This document shows positions 11,714-22,173 of a stretch of 64,000 nt of DNA, in pieces (the stretch's first letter is position 1; each line of letters opens with the position of its first letter). The stretch lies in assembly GCF_053078305.1 (NCBI RefSeq), contig NZ_CP166879.1, one strand, 5' to 3'. Position numbers and translations under genes: made by a program. Under the pieces are notes generated by a model that saw nothing but the letters and a program-made list of their open reading frames with translations, searched no databases and was not told the DNA's origin.

Positions 11714-12089
11714 ACTCCCATTTTTACTTTGTAACAAGCCGGTGCTTTACCCACTGGCTTGTTACCCTCTTGAACTATCCCACTAGCAATCATGCTTACT
11801 AAAGTCAAATTAACCACGCAATTAACCACGCTTAGTTAAACAGCCATAATCCCCCTAATAAAAATGTATGAATATGAAAAACCATACGATATTCGCAGTC
11901 ACCGAAAAATAATTACGATGGGCTATACTCTTCTGAAGAACAGTAGCGTAGATTGAAACTGTCCTAAGTCGCTTATTTCTTTTCAGTATATCTTCATATT
12001 TCAGGAGAATATGGTGCAGTTAGTCGATCTCGCACGTTGCGTTTCGTTTTGATTCCGTCTGATTTCCCAGCCTTATAAGGGTGTGAATT

Positions 12090-13472
12090 ATGGAGATGTA
12101 TTTTAAAAGAATGAAAGATGAGTGGACCGGACTTGTCGAACAGGCAGATCCGCCCATTCGAGCTAAAGCCGCGGAAATTGCCGTTGCGCATGCTCATTAT
12201 CTGAGTATTGAGTTTTATCGAATTGTCCGCATCGACCCGCATGCCGAAGAATTCTTGAGTAATGAACAAGTTGAGCGGCAGTTGAAAAGTGCGATGGAAC
12301 GCTGGATTATTAACGTGCTTTCTGCCCAGGTTGACGATGTCGAAAGGCTAATACAAATCCAGCATACCGTCGCGGAAGTGCATGCCCGCATAGGAATTCC
12401 GGTAGAAATTGTCGAGATGGGGTTTCGGGTGCTGAAAAAGATCCTCTATCCGGTAATCTTCTCTTCGGATTATTCTGCCGCAGAAAAACTTCAGGTCTAC
12501 CATTTCTCGATTAACAGTATTGATATCGCTATGGAAGTGATGACCCGCGCGTTTACCTTTAGTGACAGTAGTGCCTCAAAAGAAGATGAAAACTATCGTA
12601 TCTTCTCGTTACTGGAAAACGCCGAAGAAGAAAAAGAACGGCAAATAGCCTCAATACTTTCATGGGAAATAGATATCATCTATAAAATCCTGCTGGATTC
12701 TGATTTAGGCAGTAGTTTGCCTTTAAGCCAGGCTGATTTTGGCCTGTGGTTTAACCATAAAGGTCGACATTATTTCAGCGGCATTGCTGAAGTGGGCCAT
12801 ATCTCTCGTCTGATTCAGGATTTCGACGGTATTTTCAATCAAACCATGCGTAACACCAGGAATTTGAATAACAGAAGTCTGCGGGTGAAATTTTTATTAC
12901 AGATAAGAAATACCGTATCGCAAATTATTACCTTGCTGCGTGAATTGTTTGAAGAAGTATCGCGCCACGAAGTCGGTATGGATGTACTGACGAAATTACT
13001 TAACCGCCGTTTCCTGCCGACTATCTTCAAACGCGAAATTGCCCATGCCAACCGGACCGGTACACCGCTGTCAGTGCTGATTATTGACGTTGATAAATTC
13101 AAAGAGATCAACGATACGTGGGGCCATAACACTGGTGATGAAATTCTGCGTAAAGTCTCTCAGGCCTTTTATGACAACGTCCGCAGTAGTGATTATGTTT
13201 TCCGCTACGGGGGCGATGAATTTATCATTGTTTTGACTGAAGCTTCTGAAAACGAAACGTTACGTACCGCAGAACGTATTCGCAGTCGAGTGGAGAAAAC
13301 CAAACTGAAAGCCGCAAACGGCGAAGATATTGCCCTCTCACTTTCCATCGGTGCCGCCATGTTTAATGGTCATCCTGACTATGAGCGCCTCATTCAAATA
13401 GCCGATGAAGCTCTGTATATCGCCAAAAGACGAGGTAGAAACCGTGTTGAACTCTGGAAAGCCAGTCTTTAG
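12090..13472 (+). CDS. dosC: Diguanylate cyclase with globin-coupled oxygen sensor
   Basis: 460 aa; GGDEF motif RYGGDEF in the C-terminal half. Confidence 0.92.
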   Translation: MEMYFKRMKDEWTGLVEQADPPIRAKAAEIAVAHAHYLSIEFYRIVRIDPHAEEFLSNEQVERQLKSAMERWIINVLSAQVDDVERLIQIQHTVAEVHARIGIPVEIVEMGFRVLKKILYPVIFSSDYSAAEKLQVYHFSINSIDIAMEVMTRAFTFSDSSASKEDENYRIFSLLENAEEEKERQIASILSWEIDIIYKILLDSDLGSSLPLSQADFGLWFNHKGRHYFSGIAEVGHISRLIQDFDGIFNQTMRNTRNLNNRSLRVKFLLQIRNTVSQIITLLRELFEEVSRHEVGMDVLTKLLNRRFLPTIFKREIAHANRTGTPLSVLIIDVDKFKEINDTWGHNTGDEILRKVSQAFYDNVRSSDYVFRYGGDEFIIVLTEASENETLRTAERIRSRVEKTKLKAANGEDIALSLSIGAAMFNGHPDYERLIQIADEALYIAKRRGRNRVELWKASL

Positions 13473-13496
13473 ATGCGCCAGGATGCAGAGGTAATC

Positions 13497-15896
13497 ATGA
13501 AGCTAACCGATGCGGATAATGCCGCCGATGGCATTTTTTTCCCCGCCCTTGAGCAAAATATGATGGGTGCGGTGTTAATTAACGAAAATGATGAAGTGAT
13601 GTTTTTCAACCCCGCCGCAGAGAAGCTCTGGGGGTACAAACGTGAAGAAGTCATTGGCAATAACATTGATATGCTAATTCCGCGGGATTTGCGTCCTGCG
13701 CATCCTGAATACATTCGTCACAACCGTGAAGGCGGTAAAGCGCGCGTCGAGGGGATGAGTCGGGAGCTGCAGCTGGAGAAAAAAGACGGCAGTAAAATCT
13801 GGACCCGTTTTGCGCTATCGAAAGTGAGCGCCGAGGGGAAAGTTTATTACCTGGCGCTGGTACGGGATGCCAGCGTAGAAATGGCGCAAAAAGAACAGAC
13901 CCGACAATTGATTATTGCCGTTGACCATCTCGACCGACCGGTGATTGTCCTCGATCCGGAACGCCATATTGTGCAGTGCAATCGCGCATTTACCGAAATG
14001 TTTGGTTACTGCATTAGCGAAGCCAGCGGTATGCAGCCCGATACACTCCTGAACATTCCTGAATTCCCTGCCGATAACCGCATTCGTTTACAACAGTTGC
14101 TATGGAAAACCGCCCGCGATCAGGACGAATTTCTGCTGTTGACGCGCACCGGTGAAAAAATCTGGATTAAAGCTTCTATCAGCCCGGTTTATGACGTGCT
14201 CGCGCATCTGCAGAACCTGGTAATGACCTTCTCGGATATCACCGAAGAACGGCAAATCCGCCAGCTTGAAGGCAATATTCTCGCCGCCATGTGCAGCAGC
14301 CCGCCATTTCATGAAATGGGGGAAATCATTTGTCGTAATATCGAATCTGTTCTCAACGAATCGCATGTTTCGCTGTTCGCACTGCGCAACGGGATGCCGA
14401 TACACTGGGCGTCATCTTCGCACGGTGCAGAAGTTCAAAATGCGCAAAGCTGGTCAGCGACCATTCGTCAGCGTGATGGCGCGCCTGCGGGGATCCTGCA
14501 AATTAAAACCTCGTCAGGAGCAGAAACCAGCGCCTTTATCGAACGCGTGGCAGATATCAGCCAGCATATGGCCGCGCTGGCGCTGGAACAGGAAAAAAGC
14601 CGTCAGCATATTGAACAACTCATCCAATTTGATCCGATGACCGGTCTGCCAAATCGCAATAACCTGCACAATTACCTCGATGACCTGGTCGACAAAGCCG
14701 TCTCTCCGGTGGTGTATCTCATCGGTGTTGACCATATTCAGGATGTGATTGATAGCCTTGGCTATGCGTGGGCCGATCAGGCATTGCTGGAAGTGGTCAA
14801 TCGCTTTCGTGAAAAACTCAAACCGGATCAGTATCTCTGTCGTATCGAAGGTACGCAGTTTGTCCTCGTGAGCCTGGAAAACGACGTCAGTAACATTACC
14901 CAAATCGCCGATGAGCTACGGAATGTGGTCAGCAAGCCGATAATGATTGACGATAAACCCTTCCCGCTTACCTTGAGTATTGGCATCAGCTACGACGTGG
15001 GTAAAAACCGCGATTACCTGCTCTCCACTGCTCACAATGCAATGGATTATATTCGCAAGAATGGCGGTAACGGCTGGCAGTTCTTCAGCCCGGCGATGAA
15101 CGAAATGGTAAAAGAGCGTTTGGTTTTAGGCGCAGCGCTGAAAGAAGCGATTAGCAATAACCAACTGAAACTGGTTTACCAGCCGCAAATCTTCGCAGAA
15201 ACGGGTGAACTCTACGGCATCGAAGCCCTTGCTCGCTGGCACGATCCCCAGCATGGTCATGTGCCCCCTTCACGGTTTATTCCTCTCGCAGAAGAGATTG
15301 GTGAAATCGAAAATATTGGGCGCTGGGTCATCGCGGAAGCTTGCCGTCAGTTAGCAGAATGGCGTAGCCAGAATATTCATATCCCGGCGTTATCCGTGAA
15401 CTTGTCGGCGCTGCACTTTCGCAGTAATCAACTGCCTAATCAGGTGTCTGATGCAATGCAAGCCTGGGGTATTGACGGCCACCAGCTGACGGTAGAAATC
15501 ACGGAAAGCATGATGATGGAACACGATACCGAAATCTTTAAGCGCATTCAGATCCTGCGTGATATGGGCGTGGGTTTATCGGTAGATGATTTTGGCACGG
15601 GCTTTTCAGGATTATCCCGCTTAGTCAGTCTTCCGGTAACGGAAATCAAAATTGACAAAAGTTTTGTCGATCATTGTCTGACGGAAAAACGCATCCTTGC
15701 CTTACTTGAAGCCATTACCAGCATTGGGCAAAGCCTCAATTTAACCGTCGTGGCGGAAGGCGTCGAAACCAAAGAGCAATTTGAGATGCTACGCAAGATC
15801 CACTGTCGCGTTATTCAGGGATATTTCTTTTCCCGCCCCCTACCCGCCGAAGAAATTCCAGGCTGGATGAGCAGCGTGTTACCGCTGAAAATCTGA
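13497..15896 (+). CDS. dosP: Heme-regulated c-di-GMP phosphodiesterase (PAS-PAS-GGDEF-EAL)
   Basis: Starts MKLTDADNAADGIFF with ATG at 13497 just after the dosC stop; EAL motif GIEALARW. Confidence 0.92.
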   Translation: MKLTDADNAADGIFFPALEQNMMGAVLINENDEVMFFNPAAEKLWGYKREEVIGNNIDMLIPRDLRPAHPEYIRHNREGGKARVEGMSRELQLEKKDGSKIWTRFALSKVSAEGKVYYLALVRDASVEMAQKEQTRQLIIAVDHLDRPVIVLDPERHIVQCNRAFTEMFGYCISEASGMQPDTLLNIPEFPADNRIRLQQLLWKTARDQDEFLLLTRTGEKIWIKASISPVYDVLAHLQNLVMTFSDITEERQIRQLEGNILAAMCSSPPFHEMGEIICRNIESVLNESHVSLFALRNGMPIHWASSSHGAEVQNAQSWSATIRQRDGAPAGILQIKTSSGAETSAFIERVADISQHMAALALEQEKSRQHIEQLIQFDPMTGLPNRNNLHNYLDDLVDKAVSPVVYLIGVDHIQDVIDSLGYAWADQALLEVVNRFREKLKPDQYLCRIEGTQFVLVSLENDVSNITQIADELRNVVSKPIMIDDKPFPLTLSIGISYDVGKNRDYLLSTAHNAMDYIRKNGGNGWQFFSPAMNEMVKERLVLGAALKEAISNNQLKLVYQPQIFAETGELYGIEALARWHDPQHGHVPPSRFIPLAEEIGEIENIGRWVIAEACRQLAEWRSQNIHIPALSVNLSALHFRSNQLPNQVSDAMQAWGIDGHQLTVEITESMMMEHDTEIFKRIQILRDMGVGLSVDDFGTGFSGLSRLVSLPVTEIKIDKSFVDHCLTEKRILALLEAITSIGQSLNLTVVAEGVETKEQFEMLRKIHCRVIQGYFFSRPLPAEEIPGWMSSVLPLKI

Positions 15897-15909
15897 CAAA
15901 TTCCTCTCG

Positions 15910-15927
15910 CCCGCACTCGCGGGTTTT
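15910..15927 (+). terminator. Rho-independent terminator after dosP
   Basis: cccgc actc gcggg followed by TTTT. Confidence 0.55.
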
Positions 15928-16093
15928 CATTTAACGTGACACTGTCACTTAAATACTGTGATTTCAGCTACGATTCCGGGAGATTCCTTCCTTAACTTCC
16001 CCTCTTGCACCAAAACTGCACTACGCTGCACAAATGTTGATCAAAAGTTAAAAAATATAACTTTAAGCCAGCATTCTGGCGCTTATCCCGGCA

Positions 16094-16110
16094 TGGCATG
16101 AGATCTGCAT
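16094..16110 (+). promoter_or_regulatory. Candidate sigma54 (-24/-12) promoter for the ddp operon
   Basis: TGGCAT-N5-CTGCAT with GG and GC elements 10 nt apart, about 45 bp upstream of ddpX; the ddp operon is known to be nitrogen-regulated. Confidence 0.45.
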
Positions 16111-16153
16111 AAGCGGAAAGCGCAGCAATTTTTGTCTTATACAGGAACCATTT

Positions 16154-16735
16154 ATGTCGGATACCACCGAACTGGTTGATTTAGCCGTAATCTTCCCTGA
16201 TCTGGAGATCGAATTGAAATACGCCTGCGCTGATAACATCACAGGTAAAGCTATTTACCAGCAAGCGCGTTGTCTGTTACACAAGGATGCGATTACCGCG
16301 CTGGCGAAAAGTATCAGTATCGCCCAGCTATCAGGCTTACAACTGGTGATTTACGATGCGTATCGCCCACAACAAGCACAGGCGATGTTGTGGCAAGCCT
16401 GCCCAGACCCGCAATATGTTGTTGATGTGACGGTCGGTTCTAATCACAGCCGTGGCACGGCGATCGACCTGACGCTTCGTGATGAGCACGGGAACATCCT
16501 GGATATGGGCGCAGGGTTCGATGAAATGCACGAACGTTCCCATGCTTACCATCCTTCCGTCCCGCCCGCCGCTCAGCGCAATCGGCTGTTGCTGAATGCG
16601 ATTATGACTGGTGGCGGTTTTGTCGGTATCTCCAGCGAATGGTGGCACTTCGAATTACCCCAGGCAGCGAGTTACCCTCTGCTCGCTGATCAATTCACCT
16701 GTTTTATATCCCCTGGCACACAGCACGTCAGTTAA
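16154..16735 (+). CDS. ddpX: D-alanyl-D-alanine dipeptidase (VanX homologue)
   Basis: 193 aa; first gene of the ddpXABCDF cluster. Confidence 0.92.
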   Translation: MSDTTELVDLAVIFPDLEIELKYACADNITGKAIYQQARCLLHKDAITALAKSISIAQLSGLQLVIYDAYRPQQAQAMLWQACPDPQYVVDVTVGSNHSRGTAIDLTLRDEHGNILDMGAGFDEMHERSHAYHPSVPPAAQRNRLLLNAIMTGGGFVGISSEWWHFELPQAASYPLLADQFTCFISPGTQHVS

Positions 16736-16748
16736 TCAGGAAACTGTC

Positions 16749-18299
16749 ATGAAGAGATCGATATCGTTTCGTCCCACATTGCTCGCGCTCGTCCTTGCCA
16801 CAACTTTCCCGGTTGCGCACGCCGCCGTACCGAAAGATATGCTGGTGATTGGTAAGGCCGCCGATCCACAAACCCTCGACCCGGCGGTAACAATAGATAA
16901 TAACGACTGGACGGTGACCTACCCGTCTTATCAGCGACTGGTTCAGTACATAACGGACGGTGATAAAGGCTCAACCGACGTTGAAGGCGATCTGGCAAGT
17001 AGCTGGAAAGCGTCTGACGATCAAAAAGAGTGGACGTTCACCCTGAAGGACAATGCTAAATTTGCCGATGGCACACCTGTCACTGCCGAAGCAGTCAAAC
17101 TCTCTTTTGAGCGGTTACTAAAAATCGGCCAGGGGCCAGCAGAAGCATTTCCCAAAGATTTAAAGATTGATGCTCCCGACGAACATACGGTGAAGTTTAC
17201 CCTTAGCCAACCATTCGCACCGTTCCTCTACACGCTGGCGAATGACGGTGCATCCATTATCAATCCGGCGGTCTTAAAGGAACATGCAGCGGATGATGCT
17301 CGCGGCTTCCTCGCGCAAAATACCGCCGGTTCCGGACCGTTTATGCTGAAAAGCTGGCAAAAAGGTCAGCAATTAGTTCTGGTGCCAAATCCGCATTACC
17401 CCGGCAATAAACCGAACTTTAAGCGAGTATCGGTAAAAATTATCGGTGAAAGTGCCTCCCGTCGCCTGCAGCTCTCCCGTGGCGACATTGACATTGCCGA
17501 TGCGCTGCCGGTGGATCAACTCAACGCCCTGAAGCAGGAAAATAAAGTCAATGTGGCAGAGTATCCGTCACTGCGCGTCACCTATCTGTATCTGAATAAC
17601 AGCAAAGCGCCACTTAATCAGGCGGAGCTGCGGCGGGCCATTTCCTGGTCTACCGATTATCAGGGCATGGTTAACGGCATTCTGAGTGGTAACGGAAAAC
17701 AAATGCGCGGCCCGATTCCGGAAGGCATGTGGGGCTACGATGCGACGGCAATGCAATACAACCATGACGAAACGAAAGCCAAAGCCGAATGGGATAAAGT
17801 GACGAGCAAACCCACCAGCCTGACGTTTCTCTACTCCGATAACGATCCGAACTGGGAGCCTATTGCTCTGGCGACACAATCCAGTCTCAACAAGCTGGGC
17901 ATCAATGTGAAGCTGGAAAAGCTGGCGAACGCCACCATGCGCGACAGAGTGGGTAAAGGTGATTACGACATTGCGATTGGCAACTGGAGTCCGGATTTTG
18001 CCGACCCGTATATGTTTATGAATTACTGGTTTGAGTCAGACAAAAAAGGTCTGCCGGGTAACCGCTCGTTCTATGAAAACAGTGAGGTCGATAAGTTACT
18101 GCGCAATGCGCTCGCGACCACCGACCAGACGCAGCGTACCCGGAACTACCAGCAGGCACAGAAAATCGTCATTGATGACGCTGCTTATGTGTACCTGTTC
18201 CAGAAAAACTACCAACTGGCGATGAACAAAGAGGTGAAAGGCTTTGTGTTCAATCCCATGCTGGAACAGGTCTTCAATATCAATACCATGAGTAAATAA
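16749..18299 (+). CDS. ddpA: Dipeptide ABC transporter periplasmic substrate-binding protein
   Basis: Signal peptide MKRSISFRPTLLALVLATTFPVAHAA; the ORF-track start at 16611 is an upstream GTG extension overlapping ddpX; start coordinate uncertain by 1 nt. Confidence 0.9.
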   Translation: MKRSISFRPTLLALVLATTFPVAHAAVPKDMLVIGKAADPQTLDPAVTIDNNDWTVTYPSYQRLVQYITDGDKGSTDVEGDLASSWKASDDQKEWTFTLKDNAKFADGTPVTAEAVKLSFERLLKIGQGPAEAFPKDLKIDAPDEHTVKFTLSQPFAPFLYTLANDGASIINPAVLKEHAADDARGFLAQNTAGSGPFMLKSWQKGQQLVLVPNPHYPGNKPNFKRVSVKIIGESASRRLQLSRGDIDIADALPVDQLNALKQENKVNVAEYPSLRVTYLYLNNSKAPLNQAELRRAISWSTDYQGMVNGILSGNGKQMRGPIPEGMWGYDATAMQYNHDETKAKAEWDKVTSKPTSLTFLYSDNDPNWEPIALATQSSLNKLGINVKLEKLANATMRDRVGKGDYDIAIGNWSPDFADPYMFMNYWFESDKKGLPGNRSFYENSEVDKLLRNALATTDQTQRTRNYQQAQKIVIDDAAYVYLFQKNYQLAMNKEVKGFVFNPMLEQVFNINTMSK

Positions 18300-18300
18300 C

Positions 18301-19323
18301 GTGACCTTCTGGAGTATTTTACGCCAACGCTGCTGGGGGCTGGTGCTCGTGGTGGCGGGCGTCTGCGTGATTACGTTTATTATCTCGCATCTGATCCCCG
18401 GCGATCCGGCGCGGTTACTGGCGGGTGACCGCGCCAGCGATGCTATCGTGGAAAATATTCGCCAGCAACTGGGACTGGACCAGCCACTGTATGTACAGTT
18501 TTACCGCTACGTCAGCGACCTGTTTCATGGTGACCTGGGAACATCCATTCGTACCGGGCGTCCGGTGCTGGAAGAGTTGCGTATATTTTTCCCGGCGACG
18601 CTGGAGCTGGCTTTTTGTGCCCTGCTGCTGGCACTCTTGATTGGCATCCCGCTGGGCATACTCTCTGCAGTCTGGCGAAATCGCTGGCTGGATCATCTGG
18701 TGCGAATAATGGCCATTACCGGAATCTCCACACCTGCGTTCTGGCTTGGACTGGGCGTCATTGTGCTGTTTTATGGTCATCTGCAAATTCTTCCCGGCGG
18801 CGGAAGGCTTGATGACTGGCTGGATCCACCAACGCACGTTACCGGCTTTTATCTGCTCGATGCGCTGCTTGAAGGCAACGGTGAAGTCTTCTTCAATGCG
18901 TTGCAACATCTCATCTTACCGGCATTAACGCTGGCGTTCGTTCACCTGGGAATTGTCGCTCGCCAGATCCGCTCAGCGATGCTGGAACAATTGAGTGAAG
19001 ACTACATTCGTACCGCCCGGGCCAGCGGCTTGCCCGGCTGGTATATCGTTTTATGTTATGCGCTACCCAATGCGTTGATCCCATCGATTACCGTATTGGG
19101 TCTGGCGCTGGGCGATTTGTTGTATGGCGCAGTGCTCACCGAAACCGTTTTTGCCTGGCCCGGAATGGGGGCATGGGTAGTGACATCGATACAGGCGCTC
19201 GACTTCCCTGCGGTGATGGGATTTGCCGTCGTGGTTTCGTTTGCTTATGTGCTGGTGAACCTGGTAGTGGATTTGCTCTATTTGTGGATTGATCCGCGTA
19301 TCGGACGTGGAGGTGATGAATGA
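18301..19323 (+). CDS. ddpB: Dipeptide ABC transporter permease
   Basis: 340 aa polytopic permease; GTG start directly after the ddpA stop. Confidence 0.9.
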   Translation: MTFWSILRQRCWGLVLVVAGVCVITFIISHLIPGDPARLLAGDRASDAIVENIRQQLGLDQPLYVQFYRYVSDLFHGDLGTSIRTGRPVLEELRIFFPATLELAFCALLLALLIGIPLGILSAVWRNRWLDHLVRIMAITGISTPAFWLGLGVIVLFYGHLQILPGGGRLDDWLDPPTHVTGFYLLDALLEGNGEVFFNALQHLILPALTLAFVHLGIVARQIRSAMLEQLSEDYIRTARASGLPGWYIVLCYALPNALIPSITVLGLALGDLLYGAVLTETVFAWPGMGAWVVTSIQALDFPAVMGFAVVVSFAYVLVNLVVDLLYLWIDPRIGRGGDE

Positions 19324-20216
19324 TGCTAAGCGAGGAAACGTCCGCCGTACGCCCAGCAAAACAAACGCGATTTAACGGTGCAAAACTGGTATGGATGCTG
19401 AAAGGCAGTCCGCTCACCGTGACCGGCGCAGTCATCATTGTATTAATGCTATTGATGATGATTTTTTCACCGTGGCTGGCGACGCATGATCCCAACGCCA
19501 TTGATTTAACCGCCCGCCTTTTGCCGCCTTCTGCGGCGCACTGGTTTGGCACCGATGAAGTGGGACGCGATCTGTTCAGCCGCGTACTGGTCGGCAGTCA
19601 GCAATCAATTCTCGCCGGATTAGTCGTGGTTGCCATTGCGGGTATGATTGGTTCGCTACTCGGATGTCTATCCGGTGTGCTTGGCGGACGCGCAGACGCC
19701 ATCATCATGCGCATCATGGACATTATGCTGTCGATTCCTTCGTTGGTACTGACAATGGCACTGGCTGCCGCTCTCGGGCCGAGTTTATTTAACGCCATGC
19801 TGGCGATTGCTATTGTGCGAATTCCCTTTTATGTGCGCCTGGCGCGGGGGCAAGCATTAGTTGTACGCCAGTATACCTATGTTCAGGCGGCGAAAACCTT
19901 TGGTGCGTCGCGTTGGCATCTGATCAGCTGGCATATTTTACGTAACTCCCTGCCGCCGCTGATCGTGCAGGCATCGCTGGATATCGGTAGCGCGATTTTA
20001 ATGGCCGCCACGTTGGGATTTATTGGCCTGGGTGCTCAACAACCGAGTGCTGAATGGGGCGCGATGGTAGCGAATGGTCGCAACTATGTACTCGATCAGT
20101 GGTGGTATTGCGCATTTCCGGGGGTAGCGATTTTGCTTACCTCCGTCGGTTTTAATCTCTTTGGTGATGGTATTCGCGATCTGCTTGACCCGAAAGCAGG
20201 AGGAAAGCAGTCATGA
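19320..20216 (+). CDS. ddpC: Dipeptide ABC transporter permease
   Basis: 298 aa permease; 4-bp overlap with ddpB. Confidence 0.9.
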   Translation: MMLSEETSAVRPAKQTRFNGAKLVWMLKGSPLTVTGAVIIVLMLLMMIFSPWLATHDPNAIDLTARLLPPSAAHWFGTDEVGRDLFSRVLVGSQQSILAGLVVVAIAGMIGSLLGCLSGVLGGRADAIIMRIMDIMLSIPSLVLTMALAAALGPSLFNAMLAIAIVRIPFYVRLARGQALVVRQYTYVQAAKTFGASRWHLISWHILRNSLPPLIVQASLDIGSAILMAATLGFIGLGAQQPSAEWGAMVANGRNYVLDQWWYCAFPGVAILLTSVGFNLFGDGIRDLLDPKAGGKQS

Positions 20217-21199
20217 CCCAACCCGTTCTGGACATTCAACAGCTGCATTTGAGTTTCCCCGGTTTTAACGGTGATGTTCACGCGCTCAACAATGTGTCCT
20301 TGCAGATTAACCGCGGTGAAATTGTCGGTCTGGTGGGAGAATCCGGCTCAGGTAAATCAGTCACCGCAATGCTGATTATGCGTCTGCTACCGACGGGCAG
20401 TTATTGCGTACATCGGGGGCAGATTTCCCTGCTGGGAGAAGATGTTCTTAACGCGCGGGAAAAACAGCTTCGTCAGTGGCGCGGCGCACGAGTGGCGATG
20501 ATCTTTCAGGAACCGATGACCGCCCTCAATCCGACACGTCGAATAGGTCTTCAGATGATGGACGTGATCCGCCATCATCAACCAATAAGTCGTCGGGAAG
20601 CCAGAGCTAAAGCGATTGCCCTGCTGGAAGAGATGCAAATCCCGGATGCCGTGGAAGTTATGTCGCGCTATCCGTTTGAGCTTTCAGGTGGTATGCGCCA
20701 GCGGGTAATGATTGCGCTGGCATTCTCCTGCGAGCCGCAATTGATTATTGCCGACGAACCGACTACGGCGCTGGACGTCACGGTACAGTTGCAGGTACTG
20801 CGTTTGCTTAAACATAAAGCCCGCGCCAGTGGAACTGCGGTACTGTTCATCAGCCATGATATGGCCGTGGTGTCGCAACTGTGCGATAGCGTTTACGTGA
20901 TGTATGCCGGAAGCGTAATTGAAAGCGGCGTGACGGCAGACGTTATCCATCATCCCCGGCATCCGTATACCATTGGTTTGCTGCAATGCGCACCAGAACA
21001 TGGAATACCGCGCCAGCCATTACCCGCCATTCCAGGGACGGTACCAAACCTCACCCATTTGCCTGACGGCTGCGCTTTTCGCGATCGTTGCTATGCGGCA
21101 GGTGCACAGTGTGAAAACGTCCCGGCGCTGACAGCGTGTGGTGACAACAACCAGCGCTGCGCCTGTTGGTATCCGCAGCAGGAGGTCATAAGTGTCTGA
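20213..21199 (+). CDS. ddpD: Dipeptide ABC transporter ATP-binding protein
   Basis: Walker A GESGSGKS, signature LSGGMRQR; 4-bp overlap with ddpC. Confidence 0.92.
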   Translation: MTQPVLDIQQLHLSFPGFNGDVHALNNVSLQINRGEIVGLVGESGSGKSVTAMLIMRLLPTGSYCVHRGQISLLGEDVLNAREKQLRQWRGARVAMIFQEPMTALNPTRRIGLQMMDVIRHHQPISRREARAKAIALLEEMQIPDAVEVMSRYPFELSGGMRQRVMIALAFSCEPQLIIADEPTTALDVTVQLQVLRLLKHKARASGTAVLFISHDMAVVSQLCDSVYVMYAGSVIESGVTADVIHHPRHPYTIGLLQCAPEHGIPRQPLPAIPGTVPNLTHLPDGCAFRDRCYAAGAQCENVPALTACGDNNQRCACWYPQQEVISV

Positions 21200-22118
21200 C
21201 ACGTTATTAACGTTACGCGACGTCCATATCAATTTCCCGGCCCGTAAAAACTGGCTTGGTAAAACTACGGAACATGTTCATGCCATTAATGGTATTGATT
21301 TACAGATCCGCCGTGGTGAAACCTTAGGGATCGTCGGCGAGTCAGGCTGCGGCAAAAGCACCCTCGCACAGCTTTTAATGGGTATGCTGCAACCGAGCCA
21401 CGGGCAGTACATCCGTTCTGGCTCACAACGCATTATGCAGATGGTGTTTCAGGACCCGCTCTCTTCGCTTAATCCGCGCTTACCGGTGTGGCGCATCATC
21501 ACAGAACCGCTCTGGATAGCTAAGCATAGTAGTGAACAACAGCGGCGAGCGTTGGCAGAGGAGCTGGCTGTGCAGGTGGGTATTCGTCCGGAGTATCTCG
21601 ACCGCCTGCCTCATGCGTTCTCCGGCGGGCAGCGGCAACGCATCGCCATTGCCAGAGCACTCTCTTCGCAGCCTGACGTGATTGTGCTTGATGAGCCAAC
21701 CTCTGCGCTGGATATCTCCGTGCAGGCGCAGATCCTCAATTTACTGGTAACGCTACAGGAAAATCACGGGCTGACTTATGTGCTGATTTCACACAATGTC
21801 TCGGTGATTCGTCATATGAGCGATCGGGTAGCGGTGATGTATCTCGGGCAGATTGTGGAATTAGGGGAAGCGCAACAGGTGCTAACGGCTCCGGCACATC
21901 CATACACCCGATTATTGCTGGATTCCCTCCCCGCCATTGATAAACCGCTGGAGGAAGAATGGGCATTACGAAAAACGGAACTGCCAGGAAACCGCACGTT
22001 GCCACAGGGCTGTTTTTTCCGCGAACGTTGCCCCCTTGCAACCAGCGGATGCGAAGTCCGGCAATCATTAACGACGCGGGCTGACGGACGTGAGATCCGT
22101 TGCTGGCGGGCGCTGTAG
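21192..22118 (+). CDS. ddpF: Dipeptide ABC transporter ATP-binding protein
   Basis: Walker A GESGCGKST, signature FSGGQRQR; 8-bp overlap with ddpD. Confidence 0.92.
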   Translation: MSDTLLTLRDVHINFPARKNWLGKTTEHVHAINGIDLQIRRGETLGIVGESGCGKSTLAQLLMGMLQPSHGQYIRSGSQRIMQMVFQDPLSSLNPRLPVWRIITEPLWIAKHSSEQQRRALAEELAVQVGIRPEYLDRLPHAFSGGQRQRIAIARALSSQPDVIVLDEPTSALDISVQAQILNLLVTLQENHGLTYVLISHNVSVIRHMSDRVAVMYLGQIVELGEAQQVLTAPAHPYTRLLLDSLPAIDKPLEEEWALRKTELPGNRTLPQGCFFRERCPLATSGCEVRQSLTTRADGREIRCWRAL

Positions 22119-22173
22119 AGATGCTAACAACGCATCAGGCATTCATGCGCCTGACGCGTCATCCGGCAATGCT

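Noticed and set aside
12011-12052. 13-codon ORF ([13 protein letters not shown]) just upstream of dosC as a possible leader peptide
   Set aside because: No Shine-Dalgarno, no attenuator-like alternative hairpins downstream, and dosC is not known to be attenuated; probably chance.
18415-19552. Several 60-165-aa ORFs on both strands within ddpB and ddpC
   Set aside because: Overlap the permease genes in alternative frames; typical spurious ORFs in GC-rich membrane-protein genes.
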